Part shown: positions 12,600-27,100 of the stretch, piece after piece
How positions within the stretch are numbered: position 1 is the stretch's first letter
How the letters are laid out: every line of letters starts with the position of its first letter
Assembly: GCA_903813345.2 (NCBI GenBank)
Contig: CAIIXF020000001.1
Span: 23,374,001 to 23,438,000, forward strand
Reading direction: 5' to 3'
DNA length: 64,000 nucleotides
From: Owenia fusiformis
Taxonomy: Eukaryota
Notes under the pieces: model-generated
Seen by the model: only the letters and a program-made list of their open reading frames with translations
Told to the model about the DNA's origin: nothing
Database searches by the model: none
Translations under genes and position numbers: made by a program

Positions 12600-13574
12600 C
12601 AGGGTGACCCAAAAAAATGCAACCCTCCATTTCTTCAATATTTTTCTTAAATGGAGATAAATTGCTCTGAAATTTGGCACACAAGGACTTCATTCAATGT
12701 GGGATCCTCTGGCAAAGTTTTAATAATCATAGTCTTATATTGATAGAGTTATGGTTGTTTCAAAATATGCTCCAGACATCGTCAATTTCGCTGAAAACAA
12801 ACTTGCAATGTTCAAGGAAAACTGTTCATAACACGGATGCATTCTTCCCCATGGGTATGGCTCAAATCTTTGCAGCCATTGCTTGTTGGAGTTCTGCAAT
12901 TGCTGTAGGGTTATTTTCATACACATTGTCCTTTAAATAACCCCATATATAGAAGTCAGGGGCATAGAGATCAAGACTGTGGGATGACCATGGGTTCTCC
13001 ATCCTAGGAGAGATAATCTTCTCATAGAAATGACTAGTGAGCCAGGCTATGCTATCATTAGAAGTGTGAGGAGTAGCTCCATCCTTCTAGAACCACTGTT
13101 CTTGTCTATTGAAGCCTGTATGTCATTTTAGAACTGTCTAGAACTTCCTGGGAAGGCCAATATTGCGCTGTGTGTTAACAGTAACAGTGTTGCCATTATC
13201 AACCTCAAACCAAAAAGGGCTGAGGATTTCATGTTTGGAAATTGGCAGTCCAAGCTGTGCATTTAACAGAATGAAGGGGCCTTTGAAGCACTACATCTGG
13301 AATTTGTGATCCCAGAACACATTATTTCTTGAGTTTACATGTTCAGAAAGAAGTGAGTGTGATTCATCCGAAAACCTAACATTGGAAATGGACGACATTT
13401 GGAGCATATTTTGGAATGACCATAACTCTATCTATATATGACTATGATTATTGAAACTTTACAAGAGGATCCCACATTGAATGAAGTCCTTGTGTGCCGA
13501 ATTTCAGAGCAATTAACCTCCATTTAAGAAAAATATTGAAGAAATGGAGGTTTGCATTTTTTGGGGTCACCCTG
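12600..13574 (-). mobile_element. Decayed Tc1/mariner element of the DD41D (rosa/Visitor) family
   Basis: TA TSD (12598-12599, 13575-13576); TIRs of about 190 bp starting CAGGGTGACCC. Minus-strand remnants FSDESH and WF*KDGATPH...WSSHSLDLYAPDFYIWGYLKDNVY, with exactly 41 residues between the 2nd and 3rd catalytic Asp. Confidence 0.88.
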
Positions 13575-16500
13575 TATATGTACATGTATAATGTCTCGTA
13601 TAATGCCTTTTTATTCAAAAGTCAATCATTGTATTCCTATTTAACCTATTAAAGGATTTTTATATATCTGAATAATCGTTATATTCATTTTTTGGCAAAG
13701 TAAATAATCATAGGGTTCACACAAGGATCAACTTTATTGAAGCCTTTTTGTACTGGTATATGCCCTGCAGCTCTAAGAGCAAGAGCAATGAATTGCGATT
13801 TTTAGTTGAAACAATGAAACAAACACAATACCATCATTTTATTTAATATTTAACAAATAAAATTGTGTTAAACTTAGTATTTTTTTAAATCATCACTAAA
13901 TATGAAAAAGTTGTAAATGAAGTGGATCCTTGTGTGACCCCTATAATTATTTACTTTGCCAAAAACTAACATAATGGTAATCTAAACATTTAGAAAACAT
14001 TGAATAAGTAAAATAGGAATATTATCATTAGCAACAGTGACTTTTGAATTAAAATGGCATTTCAAGGTCAGCAATATATAATTCTTCACCACTATTTTTT
14101 TAAACAAAAATGACCACACCCAAATATACTATCATACATATCAATATCAAATATGCCTCTTATTTCATATACTCACTGCTATTATTTGAAAAACATGATT
14201 TTTTCCGAACTCATATTTTTGACGGTTGCACCTTGGGGCAAGCCGTTTAGCCCTTTCGTGTCACCTTTTTAACTGCAGACAAGTGAAAATGAAAAGTCAA
14301 TGAAATAATCTATAATGACTATGGGCCACTTCTTAGTAATCTACCTCAACATCGGTTTAGACTAACTAAGCCACTTTGGAAGCGATTTGGCGCATACTAC
14401 TGGGTGGTTCACGACTCGTACAAAAGGCAGTGGTGTGTACCTGTATGTCTGTGTACCTGTGCACACAAAAGAACACAGGGCTCCTTCAAGGAGGGGTTTC
14501 TGACTCTATCTTCGATAGTAAACTACGTAAAATACGGAACATACCAATGAGGTATTACTCGCCAAATATGGCGGTAACCAAGATATATAAAATAAAATAA
14601 CGATTCACACATAAACACTTTTGGGTACTTAGAGTAGTCGAAAGAGCTACCTCATTATAACAGAGCTATAAAAATATAATAATTGGGACATGTTTGTACA
14701 ACATAAGCATGCAGTTTAACTACAACGAGCTCGTGAGCTTGTCAGTTTTGTATACGGAAATAAAAAACAAGGAGCATCGTAAAGTATTGACTTTTCATGC
14801 TTTTAGGCATATTATATGTAATGTTGATGTAAAAAGTGTGACGGCAATAGAGAATATGATCAGGCGGGATACACTGGCAAGAAAAGGGCATGGCTTTTCG
14901 GGAAAGGTCTGGCGAACGGAATACTCTGGCTGTCACATGCAATACATACATAAACCAAAATGTACACGAACGGCGAATCAAGATTTGGTAATAGATACTA
15001 ACCGAGTAATACGATTGTATTTTGAAAAATAATATCTTGATGAATGCATAAAAAATTATGTTTGCTTTCCACATATTACGATGATATTTTAGCTTATTGC
15101 TTCTAAAGGAATCGTGAGGTATCCAGGACTAGAAAGATAATTAGTTCTAAACACCATTGATTTTCGTTGGTAACAATTTATAGAAATATCGAAAAATTGT
15201 TGCAGGTAATTACCCAAGGAGGATTGGCTCCCAGGATCGACCCTCGATATTTTCTAACAATGAAAACGTCGAAATTTTCTGAAATCAAAACCGACTATAG
15301 AATTTTTAAAAAACAGTTCAAAAGATTCAAACCAATATCTCGATCATTTCTTGTGAGTTTTGGAATATTTTGTTAAGAAATAAGATCAAAATTCAAGATT
15401 CAAATTTTAAAGTAAACAAAATGGCGACTGTTTGAATTCGAATTTTACGGTATCACGACATGCCCATATATGGGACAGAATATCATCGATGTTGCACTCT
15501 GGGAGCCAACCCCCTAAATTACCAGAGAAATACAGTAGTTGCCTTTTCAGTGTTAAATGTTTTGATAGCTTGTTCAATTACTTTTAACACATTTTTGTTA
15601 AAGCCAGAATGTTCCGAGGAAACATACTTTACCGATTTGTCATTTGCACACCGTAAGACAATCCTATTGACCAGAGTATTCCGCACTATTATACATACAT
15701 TCATTTGTATTTTTGGTACCGCCTAGTACCGTACAATTGTACCGGTACGATTGTGCATTGGATGTGAAAATTTGCAGTAAGTGGTAACTTATTTTCTGGC
15801 ATTTATGGTATCCAGAAGGATAGAGATGGAGATGGTGTGGCTTACCACGATGGTATAGTTTGTAATTCACAGACTGCGTTTCTGTACAACTTATCCTGAG
15901 ACAAGATAGATGTCACGTCAGTTTAATAAGAGTAACTGTCGCACCACCTATACATTCAGATACTCATAACATCTATCTGTTTCACCTCAGGGCAGAGAAG
16001 AAATGAGATGCCATGGTTTATTATGATGCCATCTATATACTAGTTGGTGTTGATACTAATGATTTGTTCGCAAAATAGGATTAGATTTAGAGTAACATAA
16101 GTGTGTGCCGCATGCCCGTAGCCAGCTTTTGGTGGGGAGGGGGTCTAACTTATATAATGATAGTTTGATTTTGGGTCCAAATCTTTTTTTTGGCCCCACA
16201 AATAGAAAGAACGTCCTCCAAGAATGCAACAAAGGTACTTTTAGGTCCACATGTTTTAGAAGATATCGGAGGGGAGGACCCGTCCCCCGTTGTGTCTGTG
16301 TCGCATCGCTGTGTTAAGAACATTGATGATTCAAAAGACACAATTAAGGGGCGAGGCACTGTATGAGAAGGCAGGATAATCTGGAAAGACTGGGTTGGGG
16401 AGATGCAATCAAGGGAATATTTATACTTTTCAGTATTTCATAAGAATAAGATGTCTCCCTTAGCTAGTATCGGGACTTTGGGCGCATCATAAACATACTT

Positions 16501-17350
16501 GTATATGGGACTGTCTGTCGATCAGTTCTGATTATTCATATTCATCCATCTGCCGATCTACCTTCCAAGGTACACCTCAAGTAAGAGTTGGACTTTGTGC
16601 ATCACAAACATATGTTTACGAAAAATAAGTATTCAGCTTAGGATTTCATCTCACGATCAATATCATATTTTAAACCTCAAAATGTGTTTTTCAAAGTGCT
16701 AGTCCCAACCTATATTTGATTTTTGTAAAAAATACTTGTTAATATTTTGAAACCCAGAGGCTATTCCGAATTCCTACCCTCTGTCAAACGATACCCTGTC
16801 AAATGTAGCGGCAAGGGAGGTCTATGAATCGAAGAGATATCATAGGGCGTCCTATTAAGAGGGGATAGAATCTGATCTGTAGCAGGGTGATTCAATGTCA
16901 GAATCAGAATATTGAATGAATATGAAGAGAAGGCGTTGTTTATATTTGTGGCATTTATTAAACATGCGCTTCTTTACAAAATAGCACCAAAGGAAATCTA
17001 GTGCAAATTTTACAATTGTTATGCATAGAATAGCTTAATATTTCAAAAAACCACAAACTGAAGTTTACAATGTACAGAAACATATATTTAACTGAACTAA
17101 TATAGCCCAAAAGTGAGTACAAAACGCCCATGGTTTACACAATTTTACCACATGTTCAGTAAAATTGTACCAACTAGGATAACTCAGAACTTGGGGGTCC
17201 ACAACACCAAAAAGGAAGAGGGGATCAACGGTGCAAATACGTACAGTGAATATATGAGTCATGAAATGTACGATGATGAGACATTAGGAATTTTTCGAAA
17301 CATGACACTAAATGTTCTGTACGTTGCTAGTTGATCCCGTGTACATTTAA

Positions 17351-17746
17351 AAGGAAAGATATTCCCAAATATCATACTGGTATAGCGCATGCATCCCATT
17401 TTTATTTTCTGACTTATTTTAATGCAGTTGTAAATACATTAACATTACATGGATCGTACACAATCTGTTTATAGGGAAAAATGTCAGAGATCATAAAATG
17501 CATGTCATATTTTATTGTGTTCCAAGATTTTCAATGAAAAAGAAAATGCAAAGACTCGATCGAGCCGATGCTGTCGAAGTGGCCATCTTTGAACATTATT
17601 TCAACATGGCGACCTCTTGTAGATTTATTCATAATCTCATTAAATCTTATTCTAAAATCACAAATATAAATGATAATTACTGGGATCACTATGAAATGGT
17701 CGGTTAAGCTAAACCACCATAAAAAATGTTCGGGAATAGTATTCCT
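17351..17746. mobile_element. Possible TTAA-flanked (Kolobok-like) MITE
   Basis: TTAA-AAGGAAAGATATTCCC ... GGGAATAGTATTCCT-TTAA imperfect TIRs. Confidence 0.45.
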
Positions 17747-18119
17747 TTAAATGCACTTGTACTACAAAGACGGAAGATTCCGAGTTACTGACAACAGTTC
17801 TGTACATTGTTCCCTGAGGGCCTAACGTTTTCCTTACCAAAAACCTCCACTTCTTGCCGCTCGGCTCAGCATCTTTACAAAATTACACATTTTGAATACA
17901 TCTCACGACCACGGTGAAGAATTCAATTTAGTTAACTATCTAACCGATCTTCGATATCGATGGACTAGCTATTTCTCGAATTTGTGCTCAAACAACGCAC
18001 TGATTTATGTACAAACATATTTTTCCAACACAGAGGTAGTAGGTTGATAGCTATAGAGGGCGTTGCAACACCCTATTAACATAATACAAAAGCCGATTGG
18101 GAAAAGCCTTAATGAATAC

Positions 18120-21100
18120 TGTTTATTGGAAGGATTTCAAAGTTAAAATAATCCGAATGTTCATTTGATCACTCTTCAACTTATTGAAATCAATTCAAAA
18201 TTATAAATACATAATATTAAAAAGGCCTGATATCCCATCTTCGACTTCAGGTATAATAAGTTGAAGCAAATGAAAATTTGTGAATCAAGATGTGATGTAC
18301 GTCAAAGTATTTTCACCAAAAAGGACTAACAAAATAGATTTAGCAAAGATTCAATGTAACTTGCATGATAACTTTTTCTGACAATCCCTCGAATTGACCA
18401 TTTGAGTACTTATTTACAAGGTACATGTAAATGTACACATTATGTACATAGTGGCATCAATAAGGCATTGCTGCACAATGAGATCAAGTGGAAAATGTAT
18501 TTACAAATATACCAAAATAAATACTTAAACTTGGCATGTTTTCGTTCAGTCGTGGAACTTTATTTTCTTGTAAGATAAAATTCCACGAAAGATATCCGAA
18601 TTTTTTAGTTCAGGATTATCATTTTTACAAATAAACTAAATATATAATATGCATAAATGCAACATATGAAAAATGTTTAAAAACGGTATTAGGTGCATAT
18701 TATACTAAATCGGATTTTAGTTCCTAAAAGAGCTATAACCGATAAAAATTAAAATATCACTTTAACAAACATACTTTAAACTGTGAAATGGAATTAAATA
18801 TGGCAAACTAATTACGTGTTAAACCTTCGTACAAAAAATTAATTACAGATTAACTAAATCTTTAAAGTGATTTGAAAATATTATATGTTCCCTAATTATC
18901 TACAAACCAGTTTCAGCTAACAGATAGATTTCTAGAATTAAAAACAGTGATTTACAGTTTCGTATGGCACCCTGAATTCAAACAATAGTCAAAAACACAA
19001 AAACAACACGTACACTCAAATATAAAGAAGATAAAAATGTCCTTGAATTGAAAATATTGAATAAGATCCATTTTAGATCAGCATCGATGGCAATTTTTAC
19101 GACTTTTAAAGCACTGGAGAGGCTGTATAAGACGATGTAATGATGGAAACTACTTATAAAAGTAAAACTTCATTTAATATGCGCTTGTCGATTCTCGCAT
19201 CTCACACACCAGGTATACGTGTGGAGGACTAAGAATAGGCTCCGTTCTCTTACTTTCATGTGAATTAAATATTACTGAATATTTATCAGTGTTTTGAATA
19301 AACATAGTTCAGTTAGCCATTCCAATGATCCACAAAGGTCAGTGAAGATCGATTGCTTCCTCTTTGTTTTTGTTGTTGTGCCAGATTTCATCCTCAAGAT
19401 TTTTAAGTCATTTTTACCACAGTCTCACAGCGCCATCTACATCACCGTCTCGAAACGATATCTATATTGCCGTGCTGCACTCGCGCCATCTATAGTACGA
19501 TCCTTTGACTTAATCTGAAAGCAGAAAATAAAATACAACCATTTAGAGATGAGAGTGGACTAAAGGTTTTACTCTAAGGTTCGATCTTTAAATTTTGTCA
19601 AAATGAGTAGGGACGACAGGGGACAATTATATGATAAAAGTAGAGTGTCTGTGCGAAAGTATGTCAGCAAGCAACGTGTATTAAAGGTGCGGCAAAATCG
19701 CTTGAGAATATTGAACACATTCTTTACTGTAGCCCCAATATCCGAGCACTTCGTTCAGTGATATCGTACCTTCTCTGTATTTGTACCCGGGGATCACTAT
19801 AAGATCTTTAAAGGTGATGTTCCGTCAGGGTGCGGATGAATGTATACCCGGTGATGAATAATTCAACATCACCAAGGTTTACATCCACCCAACCATGAAG
19901 GTAGAAATAGCTGTGTTAGAAACGTCAATGCAATAATTAGTTACTGAGCCATGCGTGTTTCAGCGCACAGCTCTTTGGATTAACCCCCGGGGATTAAACC
20001 ATCCAACCATTCATGATCATTTAACTTATCTAATATGCAAAGTACTTAATGAATAAAGAATGCGATATCTTATTCCAAAAAATGTCAAATACCTAAATAT
20101 GTGGTGTTTGATTTGGAAATTTTTCATCGGTAGTTTTGATTAGTTTTAATTAGTTCAATACATCCTACTGCATTATCAACTTGTGTCATCATATTCTAAT
20201 AAGATATAGCGTTCATTTAAAGATGTCACTACTAGTCAACTTCAAAGAAGTGCAAGACATGCCAACCATCATGGCATTATTTGTGACAACCAACCCAGAA
20301 TACTGCAATTGTAAAGGGTGAAAACTTTACATTTTCTGGTATCATCATTTTCTGATAACATTTAGCGTTCATTAAAAAAAATAATATTGGAATTGCACCA
20401 TGTCGTATTTGCATATACATGTAACGTAAGTTACACATCTCTTGTAAAACGATATACGTACTCTACTCTCTGGCTCCCCCATCTAAGCTAAAGACCTCAT
20501 TGCCTTTTATAACTATCAGGTAAATTACCATAAGGTCACTTAAATCACGAGGATAAATTCTTGACATAAGACAATGGAAAGTTGTCTTATCTAATCAGTA
20601 ATATTACTTTTTATTGACGAAATAAGGACAAGTGAAACATTTTGTTAATTATAGACGTGAGAGGCTTCAACTTCTCACCCCGGTCAGCCCAATAAAAGAA
20701 ACACGTATGCGGGAAAGTAAATATGCGATTTCAGGTGATATTAGGGTCACGATAACAGCCACCAGGTCATCATGTTATCCTAATTAAGCCAGAAATAAGA
20801 CATTTCCAGCCCCCAATGGCCATTTTTAATGGAGCCACGGTCTTTTGGTGCCCACTAGATTTATGTTCCAGCCCTGGCAAAGGTGCGTGACAGTTCATCT
20901 TTAAAGATATTATTAACATTTATTGAACCATTATTCTTCGCCTCGTGAAAGTTATGACTGCCCTATGTCCGAATATAATTCTTGGTCCCAGTGTAGTGGC
21001 ACGAGGTAGAACAAGTACACGACCCCCTGACCCCCCTAGACAAAGGCTATTGGAAGTTAATACATGGTCTATATGGTTGCTATAGCGACCTTTCATTCAT

Positions 21101-24100
21101 ATTAATTTGCACAAAAATTCATTCAAATAATTTCCATTGAAAATTTTATAAAAAAGTGTCATTGTGAAAAAGTATGGATCAATACACGAGAACACTTTAT
21201 TTTCTAAGTCTATATATATACACGAATTGCAACAGCTTTTTTTCGTGAATACACGCTGTAAAATGCACTCAATGCTATACATTTGAATAAAAGCGATTTT
21301 GTGGCCTTTTTAGCATAATTTAATAGCATTCCAATGGAGATGAATAAGACATGAAAGCAACGTTAACTTGTGGTTTAAAAAGAAAATGTCACTAGCTCTG
21401 TTTAAAGAATGTAGTACGTATGTATAACCACTGCGGAAATGCTCTTATAACTGATGCAAAAATATGCCCAATGATTTATAGAATTATATACAAATAATAG
21501 ATCTGTTTATTGTTTTTATTTCACTTTTATTGGGGGTTCATATGATATTGAGGGCAAATATGATTAAGTCAGCCAAGGGGTGAAGGGTTAAGATGACAGA
21601 AGAGAGGGGTATTTATCTGACATCCAAGAAGCGTCAGTTTTTGTAAACTTCCAACTGGGGGCAATCTCACCAAAGGTGGGTTAACCACAAGTAGCTACAA
21701 GCTACAAACCTTGAGAGATTCATCCCTAGTTTCGATAATGTATCACAAAATGATTTACAAATGTCGCCAGTTTTGCTTTTTGTTGACGAATTCCTAAAAT
21801 CGAAAAGCATTTACTCATGCGAGTTGAACATTTCTATGACTTCTAGGAGACGTAAGCTTCACGTATGTATGCTAGATTTAAATTCTAACATCCCAACACC
21901 ACGTACTGTATTTCAGTTACAGATGCCATGGAAACAAGATCTGTTCATGTCAGAACTTACATAAACACTGGGCCTTAAATACGATCTCTTTAGGAAACAA
22001 ATACCAGACCCGAAAACCACGTAGATCTGTTAGTTCTTATCACATGTCCCCAGAACTAAAAAAATTCGACAGAATCACAGTACAACATTGCAATGGTTTG
22101 AAGAATTCAAAAACATTTCCGTTCAGCTATGGGCCATCCTTATGATCTTTATACTAACAGGCTTGCGTTCGGTTTTCTATTGAAACAAAAAGTGATATGC
22201 ACCGGATTGGCACGATTGTTTGAAGTACAGTGTAAACCGGTGTGCAATACAAACATGGAACCTAAGTTATAACAACACTTGATCAAATATTTTAAGTACT
22301 ATGAACATTTTATCCACCTAAGACCAAACAGGCTAAATTTGCAGAAATATTAATGAAGTCGTGAAATCCCACTTTCCAAACACTGCCGACAGAACATAAT
22401 ATACGCCAAACAAAATCAGACCTTCAAACGCATCAAATGTAAGCTACCATGTTTCACTAAAATATACAATAGTAATGTCTGATTCCGTCACATGTCACCA
22501 TGTGGTGATGATCACCGTCTTCCAGGATTCCTCCGCAAACACCTGTCTCGATCAGACCCAGGAGCGTAAGGCCAGGGGAGAGAAACTGCTATCAGCGATG
22601 CTATGAAAATCGCCAGGATGAGTGTGGATCTAGTCATGAAACATGAAACATGGACTTGACCCACAATCATCTCGGAAATCAACAAAAATAAAATACTAAT
22701 CAAAGTATTGTTTTCCTGATGGCATCTCTTGTTGTTTTGCGCCATAAGTTGACGGTCAACGTCAACAGTTGGTTCATCTGTCATCGTAACTGGAACACGT
22801 GGTCGGTAGATATCCCCAACATATGGTTAAAGGTCAATGGTTACAAATTGTTTAAAGTTTCATAAACGTCAACCTCTTAACTCATATTTCATTTTTATTA
22901 GTGCATCTTTAGTCCTTCCTATAAAACTGTTGAGTAGTTTCAAAATGTTCTCATCTAGAAAACCAGTCTTGCATAGTTCGCCCATGTGTTTCTGCTTCCC
23001 GCGCACTTGGACCGTCGTGTTTGCGATGCACTGCGAGGCCTTCTTCTCCAACAAATGATCGAACTAATATGTTGGTTGGTAATTTAGGTCAGCGTTTTAT
23101 GCTGTGCGCTCGCACAATACACGATGGCCCGCCAACTGTTTGTGACCTCCGACCTTCTATGAAAGGAGCCTGTCAAAACTATTCAATTCGCATACCAGCA
23201 AATATGTATGCCTTAGTTAAACTGCAATGAATTGCACGAAAAAACCACTACTGGCAATTCAGGAAATATTATCGCTAATTAATCACTACTACCAGAAACT
23301 GAAACCTAATTACAGCTCATTTGATAATTAATTGTAAATTGGCGATTTTTCGTTTTAAAAATTTCCCTTTTTTAATTTCATCTCTGTGCAAACTTAGTAT
23401 TTACCAATCAAACAGATATTTGATCTGCCATGAATCCCTCACAATGGTTTCTGCTTGTATTTAATATTTGCTTCCAGTGAAAAACCAATAAACTCCAAAC
23501 TCTTGTCATTTCAACTCGCATTTCACGCGCATGCGTCGATGTTCGACTGCATTCAAAATCATTTCATATTCAAAGATGTTTTCGCTCCAAAGATCCTTTT
23601 AAAAGGCCGATGCTTCATGAACGTGTGCTGTATGGGAATCTGATGATTCTATTGTATGGCTGTTTATGCGTCGTTATTTCCAGTAAGCCACTTCTAATGG
23701 AGCCACTAGTGGTGATCTATCATTTAGGGATGTCCCATGTGATGGCCCAAATAGAGGCCCGCTTGTGCACTTGTGCGAGAAAACATGTTTGTGCACCAAA
23801 ACAGCATAATTTTTACTTTCTATAACGTGTTGATCAATGATCATGTTTACGGGTATGTTTAATAGTGTTGATGCTAAGTCGATGGCCAACGGCGTCAATG
23901 ACGTCAATTGTGCAACCATGTGAACCGTTACACAGCCTTTAAAACAACCTTATTTTGTACCAATGCCAAATATACCTGTCCCATTACGGATTATGACCTA
24001 TGATTGACGAAAACATGTTCATCAAATGCAAATCATATTTTAGTTATTGCAAAATTAAGAAATTGTGTTAGAAAAACAAGAAAGAGTGAACTCCCGTTGA

Positions 24101-27100
24101 TTAAAGGTCTACACTCCCATCTTTTAACAACAAATATTTTAATAAGCATGTTTGACTGTCGACTCAGTTAAGACTGACATACAGTAAGCCTACAAAGTGG
24201 TAATCAAAAATAATTGGTGTGACGTTAACCTTAAGGAGGTATATGACTTCGTTTTGACTCCATTTCATTAGTTTTAGTTGAAAAACATCTTGGTGAAGGA
24301 ATATATTTTGGTGAATTTTTGGTGAGACACTAGCCTATCGATTCAGGCCCTCGTGATTGGCCTCGCCCATTGATATTATCTATAAATATATCTAAATAAA
24401 ATAGACCTAGAGTCAGACAGCCATGAATAATGGTGAGGGAGAGGAGAAGATATATCTCACCATTACTACTAGCGGCCCGACTAGCGGGTACAGGACCCAG
24501 ATACTGTATTTTTCAGTCAAAACTGCTGCAAACTAGTGCAATCGCAATCACCTATTATGCTGCCATCTTTAAATAACACAGAAAGGTTTTTGAAATTCAG
24601 TGCATCCACCTTTCGTGACCATATGTATACGGTGATTGATGATAGGATGATATCAACGGAATTTTTCAAACTGAGATTTCAGTCTGCTGTGTAAGAGAGA
24701 TGTCATGAGCATCACATTTTCAAATTGTCAATAAACACAGTAAAAACAAAGAATAGCCATGAAATTAAGCCGAAACTCATTTTAGAGAAAATGTATGACA
24801 CTGACGACGTACACACAAATTGTAATCTTGTGATATTTTTTTCATAAGGTTAAACTCAACTAGTTTCTAATCATTCTGTGTTGCTACTTTAAGAATGCTC
24901 AAAATGTAATGATTAGTGAATCATTTCTTACATTGATTTTCCGATTCTAATTGTCGAGCACTAGTCTGACAAATAACTTGATAATAAGGTTAGCTTCGTG
25001 AATCAGACCCAAAATGACGAATGACAAACAAAAGAAATAATTTTGAGAATAGTACAGAACAACTTACGATGATCCGGGCGATGATCTTCCGATGATCTCC
25101 GATCCTTGTGACGACGATTCCATTGTAAGTCTGGTGGGAGTCTGTGTTATACCTTGGTCCATGCTGTTAATGAGTTATGGTTTGGTAAAACAGATGTATC
25201 GCACTTCCTTTTTGGTGTATTCTGATCGCTCCACTCATCATTGCAATAGGATTCAGTAGCAACTGTAAAAGTAATGAAATAACGATTATATTAACGAACT
25301 ATATGGTAATTACTGTTATGTAAAAATTGTACCATCGTGTAGGCACACATGGTTGTCCAGTTCATCACACGTCCTTGTAAGACGCACATCCTACAGCGTC
25401 ACTCCAGTTTCATTTTCAATCATTATTATTCAATCTGCGTAGTACTCTTTTTAATATCGCGAAGCACAACAAGACGTTATAACTTTTGCTGACCATCACG
25501 TATGTTCTGACTAATGAGCTCCTTTTTACATTTTTTGTCCTCACGTCTATCAGCCTGTTAACTGTTGTTTTAAGTTACTTGTTTATCTGATTATACCCCA
25601 TGCATTGTACATGTATACTTCCATTGAATGATTGGGCCATATCTAGCCTTGGACATCTGGATGGCCATGGTCTAGCAAACAATGTAAATATTTGTAAACA
25701 TTTCATGGAATAATAGACAAATGAATTTGCTTTAATACGTTTAGTCGTCCACTTCTTTCCATGCTTTTATGGAGGAGAAAAACGAGAAATAGAAAACGCC
25801 ATTAAATCAGCTATCATTGTTTATGTTAATCTCATCCCTGTTATTGAGTTCATTTAGGTTGAGAACTTCTTCAGAGAGCCATCCGAGGCCAATAGTCTGT
25901 CCTGAACAATCACTGATTGCTTTGGTCAAAATATAGGAACGGGGGTGAATTGAAGTTAAGACTGAAAAGGCGAGTTTAAATCAATTTTATTGTAAGTTTA
26001 TTGCGTCTGTATCAGAGTCATTGAGTGGGATGGTGAAATAAACTTGTTAATTCACGTACCACTGCGTCAGACTATATTTTTTATAATGACACTGCAAAGA
26101 TATACCCAATCTGACTGAAACTCGAAAGTGCAAAGGAGAGCGAGTTTGAAGGTGAACGTGTATTTTGGTACCGAAAATCTGGCATGTTGAACTTTAGAAA
26201 CGTTATAAGTTCAGTCCAGGAATAACCCGCAATAACCTGCGGTTCTTCTTGTGGTCTATGCCCAGATTCCGGGTCAGGTCAGACAGAGGACAGGGTCTAA
26301 CCGCTAAAACACCTTCCCAAAACCAGCAAATAAAACCTGTCGGAATAAGTGTATAATTTGTTCAAATATGCAATTATTAACAAAGATGTTATGAAACGGA
26401 TGAAATCATGAAATGTGTCATTGTTTCAGTTCGAAAAGCCAACAAGAAAGCCAATATTGAATTCACCCTCAAACTATTGGCATCTCTAAATTAAAGTCAA
26501 ATATTAATTATAATTACGGGTTTATTATATCTCTGGAACTTTGAGTTGAATTAATACTTATATCAAAGATGATTCATTAATTTAGAAAGATAAAGATAGG
26601 GAAATAGGGATTGCTCCTAAATTTATTCCGTCTTCAACTTTGACTCGATGATGAAAAGCAGCTTTTGCTTTATTGATTTGAATACCCTCAGCAACCAAAA
26701 AAGCCTTTGCAATCCCATTATAAATGCATTGCCTAGAAGACTTCTCGACATTTTAATTGGTCGATCAATATCGCATGAACCGTAAGCACCTGGGATACAA
26801 TATACCTTCTTTGTCAGTATACCATGCTTTAATAGTGCCTAGATCCAGACCATTAGACGGAGTCAGACTTAAACCGTAAACATGTTGACAACACAGAAGA
26901 AAAAATATAGAGATAATTTCTAAATCCACTTCTCACGCCTAGCCTAATTTGATTAAGATAATAAAGGTAATATTTAAGTAGAAAAAAATGTATTTAAATA
27001 CGATATGATCAAGTTGACCTTGGCTATCCTTTAAGTGACCTGCACGAATTGACAAACCACATTTTAATCCAGCCTTGGTGATCCTGAGTTGTATAAACAA

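Larger units (their letters stand above)
9219..14364. mobile_element. Non-autonomous DNA transposon with TIRs of about 850 bp, carrying several nested insertions
   Basis: 9219-about 10070 is the diverged reverse complement of about 12520-14356 once the Tc1 insertion is removed (e.g. GTGACACGAAAGGGCTAAACGGCTT vs AAGCCGTTTAGCCCTTTCGTGTCAC). The right end is ...TTTAGACTA; the left tip is not preserved. Confidence 0.75.

Noticed and set aside
14376-15074. Overlapping 74-112 aa ORFs
   Set aside because: No recognisable motifs, mostly non-ATG starts, and no consistent splice structure.
22512-22784. 90-aa minus-strand ORF with hydrophobic stretches as an exon of the candidate transcript
   Set aside because: Splice sites are weak (GAG acceptor, no good donor) and the phases do not fit the neighbouring exons.
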